A DNA stretch of 64,000 nucleotides from Deltaproteobacteria bacterium. GTDB taxonomy: Bacteria; Desulfobacterota; JAJRXV01. A program made the translations under genes and the position numbers. Shown piece after piece: positions 43,250 to 53,565 of this stretch (position 1 is its first letter; every line of letters begins with the position of its first letter). Below the pieces are notes generated by a model. The model did not search any database. It had not been told where the DNA came from and saw only the letters and a program-made list of their open reading frames with translations. The stretch covers positions 6,696 through 70,695 of the forward strand of contig JAJRZU010000043.1 in assembly GCA_024275075.1 (NCBI GenBank), read 5' to 3'.

Positions 43250-44806
43250 CTACTCTTTTTTAAGCTTCTCTATCTCTTCTTTTATCAAACGTTCCGCGAG
43301 ATCCGGTACTACTTCCCAGACAACGTTCTCGATTATGCTCTTCGTAAGCTCTGCCGCGGTTTTTCGCAACGTCTGCTCGTTTACTATCTCGCCAAGCTTC
43401 TCTTGCACAATAGCATTGATCTTGCTCTCATCTAACTTGAGCTCCTGTATTACCGCCGGTTGCTCTGCCTCTCCTTCAGCTGTGCCTTCAAAAGCGCTTA
43501 CATCCCAGCCATCTTCCTCTTCAACCGGAGCCGCCTCTTCTTCTGCCGCTGCCATGATCTCTTCTTCGGACTCCCATTCCTCTTCTTCCACTTCGACCGG
43601 CGCTTCCACTTCGACCGGCGCTTCCACTTCGACCGGAGCCTCCACTTCAACCGGAGCCTCCTCTTCGACCGGCGCCTCCACTTCAACCGGCGCCTCCACT
43701 TCAACCGGCGCCTCCACTTCAACCGGAGCCTCCTCTTCGACCGGCGCTTCCACTTCGACCGGCGCCTCCACTTCGACCGGCGCTTCCACTTCAACCGGCG
43801 CCTCCTCTTCAACCGGCGCTTCCTCTTCGACCGGAGCTTCCTCTTCGACCGGAGCCTCCACTTCGACCGGAGCCTCCACTTCAACCGGAGCTTCCACTTC
43901 AACCGGCGCCTCCACTTCGACCGGAGCTTCCACTTCAACCGGCGCTTCCACTTCAACCGGAGCTTCCTCTTCGACCGGAGCTTCCTCTTCGACCGGAGCC
44001 TCCTCTTCGACCGGCGCTTCCTCTTCGACCGGAGCCTCCTCTTCAACCGGCGCTTCCACTTCGACCGCCTCGACGACAAACGCTTCAGCGGTTTCTTCTA
44101 ATTCACCCTCTTCGATTATCTCCGCTTCGTGTATCTCTTCATCATCATATTCCCCTTCTAATATTTCCGCGGCTTCAATGATCTCTTCTTCGGGTTCATG
44201 CTGTATCTCCTCAACAGGAGTGATCGACCAGTCACCGTCACTGGACGCGGGAGCCTCCCCTGCTTCAGAATCATCGACAGAAGAGAAGGAGATATCCTCG
44301 TCAATAGAGAGTGGGGCTTCTTCCCCAGCAGGCTCTGTCACGGTAGCAGGTTCTTCAGCCGCGGCGCCTTCATCCATAGCGCCCAATTCCATTTCAATGG
44401 CCTGCTCTTCTATTACCTCAGCTTCAGCGTCTTTAGTGCCTGCCGCGTAGAGCGCATTCACTTTCTCGATGAGTTCATCGCCCCCAAAAGGCTTTATTAT
44501 ATGATCATCAGCTTTGGCATCGGCAAGCTTAGTTTCATCGACTTCTATATATTTTGAGATCATAATGGCAACAGGTATGCCGCTAAGCTCTGGGTCATTT
44601 TTGATCTCTTTACACACATCATAACCGTTTTTGTCGGGCATGTTAAGATCGACAAGGATAGCGTCGGGCATAGTCTCTTTTGCTCTTGATACGCAGTCAG
44701 CACCGTCTGTAACGCATATTATTTCATCATCTATGTTATAATAGATCAGTTCGATAACTTTTCTAATGGTCGCGCTATCATCGGCAATAAGAAGTTTTTT
44801 TGACAT
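43250..44806 (-). CDS. CheY-like receiver domain protein with long acidic EAPVE(V/E) tandem-repeat region
   Basis: N-terminal REC (LLIADDSATIRKV...D54-like DLNMPDKNG...KP). About 170 aa of EAPVEV/EAPVEE repeats, then a short conserved helical C-terminus. Confidence 0.6.
   Translation of the reverse strand: MSKKLLIADDSATIRKVIELIYYNIDDEIICVTDGADCVSRAKETMPDAILVDLNMPDKNGYDVCKEIKNDPELSGIPVAIMISKYIEVDETKLADAKADDHIIKPFGGDELIEKVNALYAAGTKDAEAEVIEEQAIEMELGAMDEGAAAEEPATVTEPAGEEAPLSIDEDISFSSVDDSEAGEAPASSDGDWSITPVEEIQHEPEEEIIEAAEILEGEYDDEEIHEAEIIEEGELEETAEAFVVEAVEVEAPVEEEAPVEEEAPVEEEAPVEEEAPVEEEAPVEVEAPVEVEAPVEVEAPVEVEAPVEVEAPVEVEAPVEEEAPVEEEAPVEEEAPVEVEAPVEVEAPVEVEAPVEEEAPVEVEAPVEVEAPVEVEAPVEEEAPVEVEAPVEVEAPVEVEAPVEVEEEEWESEEEIMAAAEEEAAPVEEEDGWDVSAFEGTAEGEAEQPAVIQELKLDESKINAIVQEKLGEIVNEQTLRKTAAELTKSIIENVVWEVVPDLAERLIKEEIEKLKKE
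43588..44075. repeat. 18-nt coding tandem repeat (about 27 copies; GAAGTGGAAGCGCCGGTC on the coding strand, encoding EVEAPV)
   Basis: Direct reading of the sequence shows two alternating unit variants (…CCACTTC / …CCTCTTC), giving EAPVEV versus EAPVEE. Confidence 0.8.
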
Positions 44807-45032
44807 TTAATCCCCCTGTCAGGAGTTTTAGACCTACAGTGTAGGTTACGTGTATATAAATAACCTAAATAAATAATTTTGTCAACAGTTTATTACATAC
44901 TATAGCGGGAACTACACCATTTTTAATGATTCTTTATCAAGTTTTGGCAGGTGACCGGTTTTATTCTTCGGGTTTGGCACCCGCGGTCTGGCCGCCCCAA
45001 AGAGCGGAACCGACAAAGTAGAAGGTAAGATC

Positions 45033-45112
45033 GTCGGCAAAAAGCCGCTACGATAGACGCTCACTCCTTGCGACGACAGTTACGCTTAGTCATTGCCGGG
45101 CATGTTCCCCAA
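45033..45112. repeat. Compact composite intergenic repeat (modules D, C and A)
   Basis: GTCGGCAAAAAGCC, then AAAGCCGCTACGatagACGCTCACTCCTtGCGAcgaCAGTTaCGCTTAGTcATTGC, then GGGCATGTTcCCCAAT. Same module order as 20581-20802 without the insertion. Confidence 0.5.
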
Positions 45113-45266
45113 TGCAATAAAGGGGGGATTCCCCTTCGCCTCCAGTTGTCGGCGCCTCCTTTTTTCAATAACTTACAAGCGGTGTTTTTTTTGAAATAGG
45201 GATATTTTGCTATTTGACTGAAGTCCTATAATAAAGTACCACAAAATATATGGATCTGCTATATTT

Positions 45267-45288
45267 AACATGTGATTAATTACATGTT
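45267..45288. promoter_or_regulatory. Near-perfect 22-bp palindrome AACATGTGATTAATTACATGTT upstream of phoB
   Basis: 20/22 self-complementary. Centred about 75 nt upstream of the phoB ATG in an AT-rich region. Confidence 0.3.
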
Positions 45289-45350
45289 TCTAATGCAATC
45301 CTAACATTAGTATTGTAAACTAATTAAATTAGTGCAAACAAGGTAAAAAT

Positions 45351-46043
45351 ATGAGTAAAAAAACTATTTTAGTTGTTGAAGATGAAGAAAACATTTTAGA
45401 AGTGGTCTGTTATAACCTGAAAGTTGAAGGCTTTCTGGCTGTTGGCGCTGCTTCTGGAGAAGAGGCTTTAGAGCTGGCGAAACAGACTCAGCCGGATTTG
45501 ATTCTGCTTGACCTGATGCTCCCTGGGATCAATGGTCTGGATGTATGCAGACACTTAAAGAGCAATGATACAACTAAAGATATACCAGTAGTAATGTTGA
45601 CCGCTAAGGGAGAGGAGACCGATATCGTCTCTGGTCTGGAGCTTGGGGCGGACGATTACATTACAAAACCATTCAGCCCGAAAGTCCTTATAGCCAGAGT
45701 GAGGGCGGTATTGCGCAGGGGAGTAGACGATGAGCCAGGCATCTCCAAAAGTATAGTCCGCATCCATAATATTAAGATAGATCCCAGGCGTCATGAAGTA
45801 TTAGTCGATGGAGAAGTGGTAAAGCTTACTCTGTCAGAGTTCCGGCTGCTCTATTTCCTCGGCTTAAGGCCAGGGTGGGTGTATTCCCGTTACCAGTTAG
45901 TCGATGCAATACATGGTGACGACTATCCGGTTACAGAGCGGGCGATTGATGTACTCATAGTAAGCCTGAGGCGGAAGCTTGCCGCTGCGGGGAAGTATGT
46001 TGAAACAGTTCGCGGTGTAGGGTATAAATTGAAGGAAGCGTGA
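45351..46043 (+). CDS. phoB: Phosphate regulon response regulator (OmpR/PhoB family)
   Basis: 230 aa with REC (ILVVEDEENI...DLMLPG) and a winged-helix C-terminus. Followed by phoR and pstSCAB-phoU. Confidence 0.8.
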   Translation: MSKKTILVVEDEENILEVVCYNLKVEGFLAVGAASGEEALELAKQTQPDLILLDLMLPGINGLDVCRHLKSNDTTKDIPVVMLTAKGEETDIVSGLELGADDYITKPFSPKVLIARVRAVLRRGVDDEPGISKSIVRIHNIKIDPRRHEVLVDGEVVKLTLSEFRLLYFLGLRPGWVYSRYQLVDAIHGDDYPVTERAIDVLIVSLRRKLAAAGKYVETVRGVGYKLKEA

Positions 46044-46153
46044 TTCTTGCATCTATATGCTTCCCTGATTTATGCGAGAGCTTTACGGGTAAATAAATAT
46101 TATCATTTAAGATAGAGTTGTTACTTGACTTATTCCATTAAAACAGGGACATA

Positions 46154-47944
46154 ATGCGTAAAAAGCGCCTGCTTTGGCAGCTATACCCGTCATATATTGT
46201 AATCGTTTTGCTGTCCATATTATCGGTGACGTGGTACGCCTCGATAGCGCTTCGCGAATTTTACCTCGATCAGGTGGCCGCAGACTTAGAGGCGCGCTCA
46301 ATCCTTATAGAACCCAGTGTATCAAAGCTGATAAATGATCACGAGTTAAAAAAGATCGATTCATTGGCAAAAGAGCTCGGCGCCGCCGCGTCCATGCGGA
46401 TTACCGTGATATTGCCAGATGGCAGAGTCACCGGTGATACTGAAAATGACCCCGCGCAAATGGATAATCATTCTGACCGGCCGGAAGTAATCGATGCGCT
46501 CGCCGGTCGCACCGGTACGTCGATAAGGTTCAGCTACACCCTCAACCAACAAATGATGTACGTTACCATACCAGTAGAGTCAGGCGGTAGTATAGTGGGC
46601 GTGCTAAGGAGTTCACTGCCGCTGACTTTTATCTATAAGGCGCTTAACGTAATATACATAAAGATCGTTTTCGGATGTATCGTCGCGATAATATTGGTTG
46701 CGGTTATCAGCCTCATCATATCAAAACGTATCAGCAGTCCCTTAGTGGAGCTGAAGCGGGGCGCAGAACTTTTCGCAAAAGGGGATTTAAAACATAAGCT
46801 TAGAGTCTTTGCGTCATACGAAATCGGTGCATTGGCAAATGCGATGAATCAGATGGCCGCTGAGCTTGATGAGAGGATCAGCACGATCGAGCTTCAACGC
46901 AACGAGCAGAACGCTGTGCTCTCAAGCATGGTTGAGAGCGTATTCGCCGTTGATATGGCTGGGAATCTGGTAAGCATGAATCAGGCCGCGGAGAGGCTTT
47001 TTAGTATTAATATTAAAGATGTTCGCGGGCGTAATATCCAGGAGGCTGTAAGAAACTCTGACCTCCTTAACTTCGTGGTGAGGACGCTTGAGAGCCATGA
47101 CCCGATCGAGGATGATATAACTCTTAAAGAGGATGACGAACGGTTCTTAATCGTGCACGGCACTATTCTCAGGAATTCTTCAAGAAAGAGTATTGGCGCC
47201 CTTGTCGTTCTTAACGATGTTACCCGCATACGGCGGCTTGAAAATATACGCCGCGATTTTGTGGCGAATGTCTCGCATGAGATAAAGACTCCTCTTACAT
47301 CGATAAAAGCGTATGTGGAAACATTGCTCGATGGCGCGATGAACAGGCCAGATGACGCGACTCGGTTCCTTGAGATAATCGCCAGACAAGCTGACCGCTT
47401 AAACGCGATCACAGAAGACCTTTTGACCCTGGCAAGGATCGAGCAGAGCGGTAAAGAACACGAAATATTAATGCGGGACGTCAAAGTAACCGACATTATG
47501 CAGGCCGCGGGTCAGACTTGTAAAATGAAGGCGGCAGAAAAGAACATTCAGCTTATCTTTGATTGCGATGAGTCTCTTCATGCCAGCCTGAATCCGCAGC
47601 TTATTGAACAGGCTCTCGTTAATCTCGTTGAAAACGCGATCAAATACAGTGAACCAAAGAGTGCGGTAAATATTTCAGCCAACATTGCCGGTCACAGGCT
47701 GACTATAGCCGTTCGCGATGAAGGGGGCGGTATAGCGAAAGAGCATCATGGGCGGCTCTTTGAACGCTTCTACCGGGTTGACAAGGCGCGCAGCAGAAAG
47801 CTTGGCGGTACCGGTCTCGGCCTGGCAATCGTAAAACACATATCAAAACTGCATGGCGGAGATGTCAGCGTTGACAGCGCTCCGGGGAAAGGGAGCGCCT
47901 TCTTGATTAATCTCCCTATAGATCAGCCCCCCATTTTTCACTAA
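46154..47944 (+). CDS. phoR: Phosphate regulon sensor histidine kinase
   Basis: 596 aa with two TMs, HAMP, PAS, HisKA (VANVSHEIKTPLTSI) and HATPase_c (GGTGLGLAIVKHI). Confidence 0.8.
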   Translation: MRKKRLLWQLYPSYIVIVLLSILSVTWYASIALREFYLDQVAADLEARSILIEPSVSKLINDHELKKIDSLAKELGAAASMRITVILPDGRVTGDTENDPAQMDNHSDRPEVIDALAGRTGTSIRFSYTLNQQMMYVTIPVESGGSIVGVLRSSLPLTFIYKALNVIYIKIVFGCIVAIILVAVISLIISKRISSPLVELKRGAELFAKGDLKHKLRVFASYEIGALANAMNQMAAELDERISTIELQRNEQNAVLSSMVESVFAVDMAGNLVSMNQAAERLFSINIKDVRGRNIQEAVRNSDLLNFVVRTLESHDPIEDDITLKEDDERFLIVHGTILRNSSRKSIGALVVLNDVTRIRRLENIRRDFVANVSHEIKTPLTSIKAYVETLLDGAMNRPDDATRFLEIIARQADRLNAITEDLLTLARIEQSGKEHEILMRDVKVTDIMQAAGQTCKMKAAEKNIQLIFDCDESLHASLNPQLIEQALVNLVENAIKYSEPKSAVNISANIAGHRLTIAVRDEGGGIAKEHHGRLFERFYRVDKARSRKLGGTGLGLAIVKHISKLHGGDVSVDSAPGKGSAFLINLPIDQPPIFH

Positions 47945-48035
47945 ATTCTCATGAGAGCCTAACACCAACCTAACATTTCTTGATTATATTTTATGCATCT
48001 TATGGCAAGGGTCTCTGCGCGGCCTCCTCCTCCAA

Positions 48036-48072
48036 CCCTCTTCTCCCCAAAGCAAGAGGGAGTAAGTTTTTT
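48036..48072 (+). terminator. Putative rho-independent terminator after phoR
   Basis: CCCTCTT-ctccccaaagc-AAGAGGG hairpin followed by agtaagTTTTTT. Embedded in a larger inverted repeat (…CTCTGCGCGGCC…GCTGCGCAGAGGCC). Confidence 0.4.
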
Positions 48073-48137
48073 GTGTGCTGCGCAGAGGCCTGATAAAAAG
48101 GGCATGTTGCCCAATACAAATTAAGGGGGGCATGCGT

Positions 48138-49028
48138 ATGTTTTCAAAAGCGAGAATTTTATTAGTAAGAATTAACTTTTATAAAATTGCGGTGGTCTGC
48201 TCACTCGCCGTGGCGGTTCTCCTCGGGTGCGGCAGGGGGAACAACTCTGAAAACAGCAATAGTATCACAATCAAGGGTTCAGACACTATGGTGCACCTTG
48301 CCAGCGCATGGAGCGAAGCGTTTATGGCCGCGAACAGTGACTATGAGGTCTCTGTCACCGGCGGAGGTTCTGGTACCGGTATCGCGGCGCTGCTGAATGG
48401 TACTACCGATATTTGTATGGCGTCGCGTAAGATGAAGAACAAGGAGCTCGATCTTGCCCGTCAGAAAGGGATGAATCTAAAAGAGATAGTCGTAGCTTTA
48501 GACGGGATAGCCGTCATCGTGAACCCGGCGAACCCTGTAAGCGAGCTGACTGTTGGTCAGGTAGGTAAGATATACAAAGGGGCATACGAAACCTGGGGTC
48601 AGGTGGGCGCACCAAAAGAAAATATAATCGTGCTCGCGCGCGAGTCAAGTTCGGGTACTTATGTCTTCTTCCAGGAGCATGTCCTGAAAAAAGCTGATTA
48701 CACTCAAAAAGCGAGACTGATGCCGGCGACTTCCTCGGTCATCCAGTCAGTGTCCGCGGATAATTGGGCGATCGGTTACGTCGGGCTCGGGTATGCGCTG
48801 GACGCGAAGGGGAAAGTGAAAGTACTTTCCATAAAGGAGAACGTAGCTGCTAAGGCGGTTGCGCCGTCAAGTGAAAGCGTGAAATCGGGTGAATACTCTA
48901 TCGCGCGGCCGCTTTACCTGTACATTGACGATAACGCTTCAGATACCGTGAAGAGATTTATAGACTTTTGTTTAAGCGCCAAAGGGCAGGAAATTGTGAA
49001 GAGCTCCGGGTACGTTACGGTAAATTAA
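48138..49028 (+). CDS. pstS: Phosphate ABC transporter substrate-binding lipoprotein
   Basis: ORF opens at 48075. ATG 48138 is 7 nt after AAGGGGGG. Lipobox LLGCG. PBP_like_2 fold with the SGS/TGG phosphate-binding segments. Confidence 0.8.
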   Translation: MFSKARILLVRINFYKIAVVCSLAVAVLLGCGRGNNSENSNSITIKGSDTMVHLASAWSEAFMAANSDYEVSVTGGGSGTGIAALLNGTTDICMASRKMKNKELDLARQKGMNLKEIVVALDGIAVIVNPANPVSELTVGQVGKIYKGAYETWGQVGAPKENIIVLARESSSGTYVFFQEHVLKKADYTQKARLMPATSSVIQSVSADNWAIGYVGLGYALDAKGKVKVLSIKENVAAKAVAPSSESVKSGEYSIARPLYLYIDDNASDTVKRFIDFCLSAKGQEIVKSSGYVTVN

Positions 49029-49904
49029 ATGAAAATAATTGTTACGAAAGAAAAAGCTATTAAGCTGATCATGCTTATCGCGGCTTCTACCTCTGTTTTT
49101 ATTGTACTGCTGATATTCCTGTTTTTAGGTAAAGAGGCCGCCCCGTTTATTATCAAGCCCGGGTTGTCTGAGCTTCTTGGCGCGCGCTGGGTACCGGTTT
49201 CATTTCAAAAGGAATCTTTCGGGATATTGCCGCTGCTCACCGGATCTCTGCTCGTGACTGCCATCGCGACCTTGATCGCAGTACCGGTCGGGGTGTGCGG
49301 CGCGGTATATATTTCCGAGGTGGCGGGCAGCGGCGAAAGGAACTTCTTGAAACCGTTCATCGAACTTCTCGCTGGTATACCTTCGGTCGTTATCGGCTTC
49401 TTTGGGCTTACAGTGCTGGCGCCGGTAGTCAAGGCCGTCTTCGGTCTGCAAACAGGGCTTAACGCTCTAACCGGGGCGCTTTTGCTCGCGCTTATGGCGA
49501 TACCGACGATCGTATCTATATCCGAAGACGCGGTACGAAGCGTACCAAAATCGTATAAAGAAGCATCGCTCGCGTTAGGGGCGAGCAGGCTTGAGACGAT
49601 CTTGCGGGTTACCACCCCCGCGGCGCTGCCGGGAGTTCTCGCCGCGTCGATGCTCGGGATGGGGCGCGTGATCGGTGAGACTATGGCTGTCATGATGGTC
49701 ACTGGTAACGCCGCTCAGATAACAGCGTCACCGCTTGATTCCGTCCGTACCATGACCGCCACGATAGCCGCTGAAATGGGGGAGGTAGCTTTCAGGAGCG
49801 ACCACTACAGGGCTCTGTTTAGCGTGGGGATTGTCCTGCTTTTGCTAACCTTCACGTTTAACATAATAGCGCAGAAAGTCCTTAAAAAACACAATGGAGC
49901 GTGA
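49029..49904 (+). CDS. pstC: Phosphate ABC transporter permease PstC
   Basis: 291 aa with 6 TM helices and the BPD_transp_1 EAA-like loop. Positioned in the pstSCAB array. Confidence 0.85.
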   Translation: MKIIVTKEKAIKLIMLIAASTSVFIVLLIFLFLGKEAAPFIIKPGLSELLGARWVPVSFQKESFGILPLLTGSLLVTAIATLIAVPVGVCGAVYISEVAGSGERNFLKPFIELLAGIPSVVIGFFGLTVLAPVVKAVFGLQTGLNALTGALLLALMAIPTIVSISEDAVRSVPKSYKEASLALGASRLETILRVTTPAALPGVLAASMLGMGRVIGETMAVMMVTGNAAQITASPLDSVRTMTATIAAEMGEVAFRSDHYRALFSVGIVLLLLTFTFNIIAQKVLKKHNGA

Positions 49905-49949
49905 CGATTCTCCCATTTATGCGTGAGGTTGACGGATAAATAAATTTGA

Positions 49950-50822
49950 TTGTTAAAAAGAAGAGGCTTGATGAAAAAAAAATCTTATGAAAAAATTGTA
50001 TATGCCGCCATGCGTTTTACAACGTACCTGATCATACTGATCATAGCGTATATCATTATAGAGATTGTATGGAACGGAGCCGCCGCGCTGAGCGTTGAGT
50101 TCCTGACGGACTCGCCGAAGCAAAGCGGCGCCGCGGGCGGTATATTCCCCGCGATAATCGGCACCTTGTATTTGGTTACTGGTACTATATGCATCGCGCT
50201 GCCGCTTGGTATGGCGAGCGCTCTCTACCTCTCTGAGTATGCCGCCGTCGGAAGGCTGACGAATACGATACGCCTTGCTATCATCACTCTTGCCGGTGTT
50301 CCCTCGATAGTGTTCGGGCTCTTCGGGCTCGGGCTCTTCGTAATATTTCTAAATTTTGGGACATCCATTCTGGCGGGGAGTTTGACGCTCGCCTGCCTGA
50401 TATTGCCGACGATCATCGTCTCGAGTGAAGAGGCGCTTAGAACCGTGCCACAATCCTTGAGGGAAGGGAGCCTTGCGCTCGGCGCCACAAAATGGCAGAC
50501 TATATATAAGAATGTGCTCCCGTATTCAGTGCCAGGGATGATAACCGGCTCCATATTAGGGGTCGGGCGGGCGGCGGGAGAGACCGCACCGATACTGCTT
50601 ACTGCGGCGGCGTTCTTCCTCCCGAAACTGCCGAATTCCATATTTGACCCGGTGATGGCTCTGCCGTATCACCTTTACGTTCTGGCGACTCAACACCCGG
50701 ACGCGGCAAAGGTCAGGCCGATGCAGTATGGCACGGCGCTCGTACTACTGCTTATGGTTCTTGGGATAAACCTTGTCGCGATATTGATTCGCAGACATTT
50801 TAGGAAGAGGTATCGATGGTAA
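49950..50822 (+). CDS. pstA: Phosphate ABC transporter permease PstA
   Basis: 290 aa, 6 TM helices, in pstSCAB order. Confidence 0.85.
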   Translation: MLKRRGLMKKKSYEKIVYAAMRFTTYLIILIIAYIIIEIVWNGAAALSVEFLTDSPKQSGAAGGIFPAIIGTLYLVTGTICIALPLGMASALYLSEYAAVGRLTNTIRLAIITLAGVPSIVFGLFGLGLFVIFLNFGTSILAGSLTLACLILPTIIVSSEEALRTVPQSLREGSLALGATKWQTIYKNVLPYSVPGMITGSILGVGRAAGETAPILLTAAAFFLPKLPNSIFDPVMALPYHLYVLATQHPDAAKVRPMQYGTALVLLLMVLGINLVAILIRRHFRKRYRW

Positions 50823-51601
50823 AAGTAATTGATTTAAAAAGCAAAACGAAAACTAAAGTCAGCGTGAGTAATCTTGACTTTTATTACAATACGGTGCAGG
50901 CGCTGTTTGATATTACTATCGACGTTCCCGCCAACCAGGTCACCGCGCTGATCGGCCCCTCAGGATGCGGGAAATCGACATTTTTACGGACACTTAACAG
51001 GATGAACGATATCATCCCCGCAACAAGATGTGAGGGTAAAATACTCATAGATGATAAGGATATTTACGACACTTCAACCGATGTTGTCGCTCTTAGAAAA
51101 ATGGTCGGGATGGTCTTTCAAAAATCAAACCCGTTCCCGAAATCCATTTTTGATAATATAGCTTACGGACCACGCATACATGGGATTAATAAACAATCAG
51201 AACTTAGCGGGATCGTAGAGAGGAGCCTTGACCGCTCGGGCTTGCTCAATGAAGTTAAAGACCGTCTGCATAAAAGCGCTCTTGAGCTGTCAGGTGGTCA
51301 GCAGCAGCGGTTATGTATTGCAAGGGCGCTGGCGGTAGATCCTGAGATACTCTTGATGGATGAGCCCGCATCCGCGCTCGATCCACAGGCTACTATGAAA
51401 ATAGAAGAGTTGATCGATGAACTAAGAAAAGATTATACTATTATCATCGTTACGCATAACATGCAGCAGGCGGCAAGGGTCTCGGATTTTACGGCGTTCT
51501 TTTACGAAGGAAAGCTTATTGAGTTTGGGGAGACGCAGAAGGTCTTCACCAAACCGAAAAAGAAACATACCGAGGATTACGTTACCGGTCGTTTTGGGTA
51601 A
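50816..51601 (+). CDS. pstB: Phosphate ABC transporter ATP-binding protein
   Basis: Walker [10 protein letters not shown], signature LSGGQQQR and Walker B LLMDEP. Confidence 0.9.
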   Translation: MVKVIDLKSKTKTKVSVSNLDFYYNTVQALFDITIDVPANQVTALIGPSGCGKSTFLRTLNRMNDIIPATRCEGKILIDDKDIYDTSTDVVALRKMVGMVFQKSNPFPKSIFDNIAYGPRIHGINKQSELSGIVERSLDRSGLLNEVKDRLHKSALELSGGQQQRLCIARALAVDPEILLMDEPASALDPQATMKIEELIDELRKDYTIIIVTHNMQQAARVSDFTAFFYEGKLIEFGETQKVFTKPKKKHTEDYVTGRFG

Positions 51602-51654
51602 ACGTGAAATCACCATTACGCAACATGTAAAACAATAGGTATTGGAGAAGCGAA

Positions 51655-52323
51655 ATGACGACTCATTTAAGAAACGAAATAGAAAATTTAAAGAAGAAAC
51701 TTTTGTCAATAAGTATACTGGTAGAGGAGAGTTTGAGAGACGCCGTAGTTTCGATAACAAAAAGGGATAAAGCTCTCGCGGCTGAAGTTATCAAAAAAGA
51801 TGAGGATATCGATGAGATGGAAGTCTATATCGAGGAGGAATGCTTGAAAATTCTGGCGCTCTACCAGCCGGTCGCGATTGACCTTCGTTTTATTGTCGCT
51901 ATACTTAAGATCAACAATGACTTAGAGCGTATCGGCGACCTGGCTGTCAATATAGCTGAACGGGGTCTCTTTCTTGCCGGTCAAAGTAAGCTGAGCGTCC
52001 TTTTTGATTTCCCTGGCATGGCAGAAAAAGTCCAGATTATGCTAAGAAAAAGTCTGGATTCTCTGGTTACCCTTGACGCGGCTCTGGCTCGTGAAGTCTG
52101 TGCCGCGGATGATGAAGTAGATGAGATGAACCACCAGATGTACGATCAGGTTAAAGACGGTATCCGTAGCCAACCAGAAGGCATTGACAGCCTTATACAT
52201 ATTCTTGGTGTCTCCCGCCACCTTGAACGGATAGCTGACCTTGCCACGAATATCGCTGAAGATGTTATTTACATGGAAGAAGGGAAAATCGTACGTCACA
52301 GGACAGAAGAGTTTAATAGTTAA
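51655..52323 (+). CDS. phoU: Phosphate signalling complex protein PhoU
   Basis: 222 aa with two PhoU repeats (E..RIGD motifs twice). Confidence 0.85.
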   Translation: MTTHLRNEIENLKKKLLSISILVEESLRDAVVSITKRDKALAAEVIKKDEDIDEMEVYIEEECLKILALYQPVAIDLRFIVAILKINNDLERIGDLAVNIAERGLFLAGQSKLSVLFDFPGMAEKVQIMLRKSLDSLVTLDAALAREVCAADDEVDEMNHQMYDQVKDGIRSQPEGIDSLIHILGVSRHLERIADLATNIAEDVIYMEEGKIVRHRTEEFNS

Positions 52324-52398
52324 AGCATCGGATTACGCCCACATTGTTACATCAGCCCAACTGATAAGTGAAGCGTAGCCCGACACACAGCTAAGTTA

Positions 52399-53565
52399 TT
52401 ATTTTTCTTGAGCCCTGTTCAGCTGAATCTTAGTCACAAGCTGTCTGAATGATTCCTTCAGGCTGCTGATAGAGTTTCCATAGTCTTTGATATTATTATA
52501 TGATTTAGCCAGATAATAGTGCACTCTGGGCATATTCTTATTAAGCTCCAAAGCTCTTTGGAATTCGATTATAGCCTCTTCATCCTGACCCTTTGCCTGC
52601 AAAAGGATACCCTTCGCCTCTAAACATGTCAGGAAGTTTGAGTCAAGCTCTAACGCCCTCTTGATCGCGGCATCCGCTTCTGGGAACTTCCCCATCTTTG
52701 CGTAAACCCTGACCAGGCCGCATTGTGCAAACAAATTCTCCTCGCTACGTTTCAATGCCCTGGTAAAAGCGTCCGCTGCATTCTCCAAGTGCTTCGCCTT
52801 CTTACTCTTTGACCTCACCCGCAAATACTCATCTTCATACAACTCCCCAAGCAGGACAAGCGGCAGGTCATAGTTTTCATCAAGTTTTGCGGATTTTTCA
52901 AGCTCCCTGACCGCCTTTATGCCCATGCCGCGCTCGATCAGCTTCCTGCCAAGACCGTAATGGAGCTTTGCGGCTTTCAATATCTTCGGCCCCTCATCCT
53001 TAACCATCTCCAGATCTTTTTCTGGTTCCCTTAACCCAAGCATAACCTCGATATCGATCTTCATATCCAGGCGGGCGCTTGTCGGATAACCATCATATAT
53101 CTTTTTTATCGCACCGGCGCCATCTAATATAATAGTTGATGGAACAGCGATAACGCCATACTCGTAAAACGTCGAAAGGCCTGAATCCAGCAAAAGCTTA
53201 AAATCCACGTTAAATGTCTCTTTCATCTCCGCCATTTTCGCTAATTCTTCTGGTGTCGGCTCCTCCTTCTCCACATTGACAGCGATAACTTCAACGCCCT
53301 TGTCAAGATAATCCTGCCTCAGCTTCACCAAATCCTCTAACTCCTCGCTTGACCGCGGGCTCCACGTCGCCCAAAACAAGAGAACGATTACTTTATTCTC
53401 ACCAATATAATCATCCAAAGAAACTGTGCTCTCACTGTCAAGCTCCTTCAAGCTAAACTTTGGTGCGTCTTCTCCTAATTTCACGTTTTTAAATGCTGCG
53501 ACAGAGCTTCCGTACGTCACCAAAGACGCGAGAAATAACACAATGCTTATGATCTTCTTCATCAC
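52399..53565 (-). CDS. Secreted thioredoxin-fold (TlpA/redoxin-like) protein with C-terminal TPR repeats; active site is SxxS rather than CxxC
   Basis: Signal peptide, then LLFWATWSPRSSEE where TlpA/ResA have WATWCPPCR. The codons are AGC and TCA, so this is not a single sequencing slip. C-terminal 180 aa are TPR. Confidence 0.55.
   Translation of the reverse strand: MMKKIISIVLFLASLVTYGSSVAAFKNVKLGEDAPKFSLKELDSESTVSLDDYIGENKVIVLLFWATWSPRSSEELEDLVKLRQDYLDKGVEVIAVNVEKEEPTPEELAKMAEMKETFNVDFKLLLDSGLSTFYEYGVIAVPSTIILDGAGAIKKIYDGYPTSARLDMKIDIEVMLGLREPEKDLEMVKDEGPKILKAAKLHYGLGRKLIERGMGIKAVRELEKSAKLDENYDLPLVLLGELYEDEYLRVRSKSKKAKHLENAADAFTRALKRSEENLFAQCGLVRVYAKMGKFPEADAAIKRALELDSNFLTCLEAKGILLQAKGQDEEAIIEFQRALELNKNMPRVHYYLAKSYNNIKDYGNSISSLKESFRQLVTKIQLNRAQEK

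Noticed and set aside
43588-44075. CRISPR-like regular repeat array
   Set aside because: The period is 18 nt with no spacers, and it is fully in-frame coding (EAPVEV) inside a receiver-domain gene. The alternative-frame ORFs called over it (43239..44450, 43460..44101, 43498..44079) encode low-complexity R/K/S/F strings and are artefacts.
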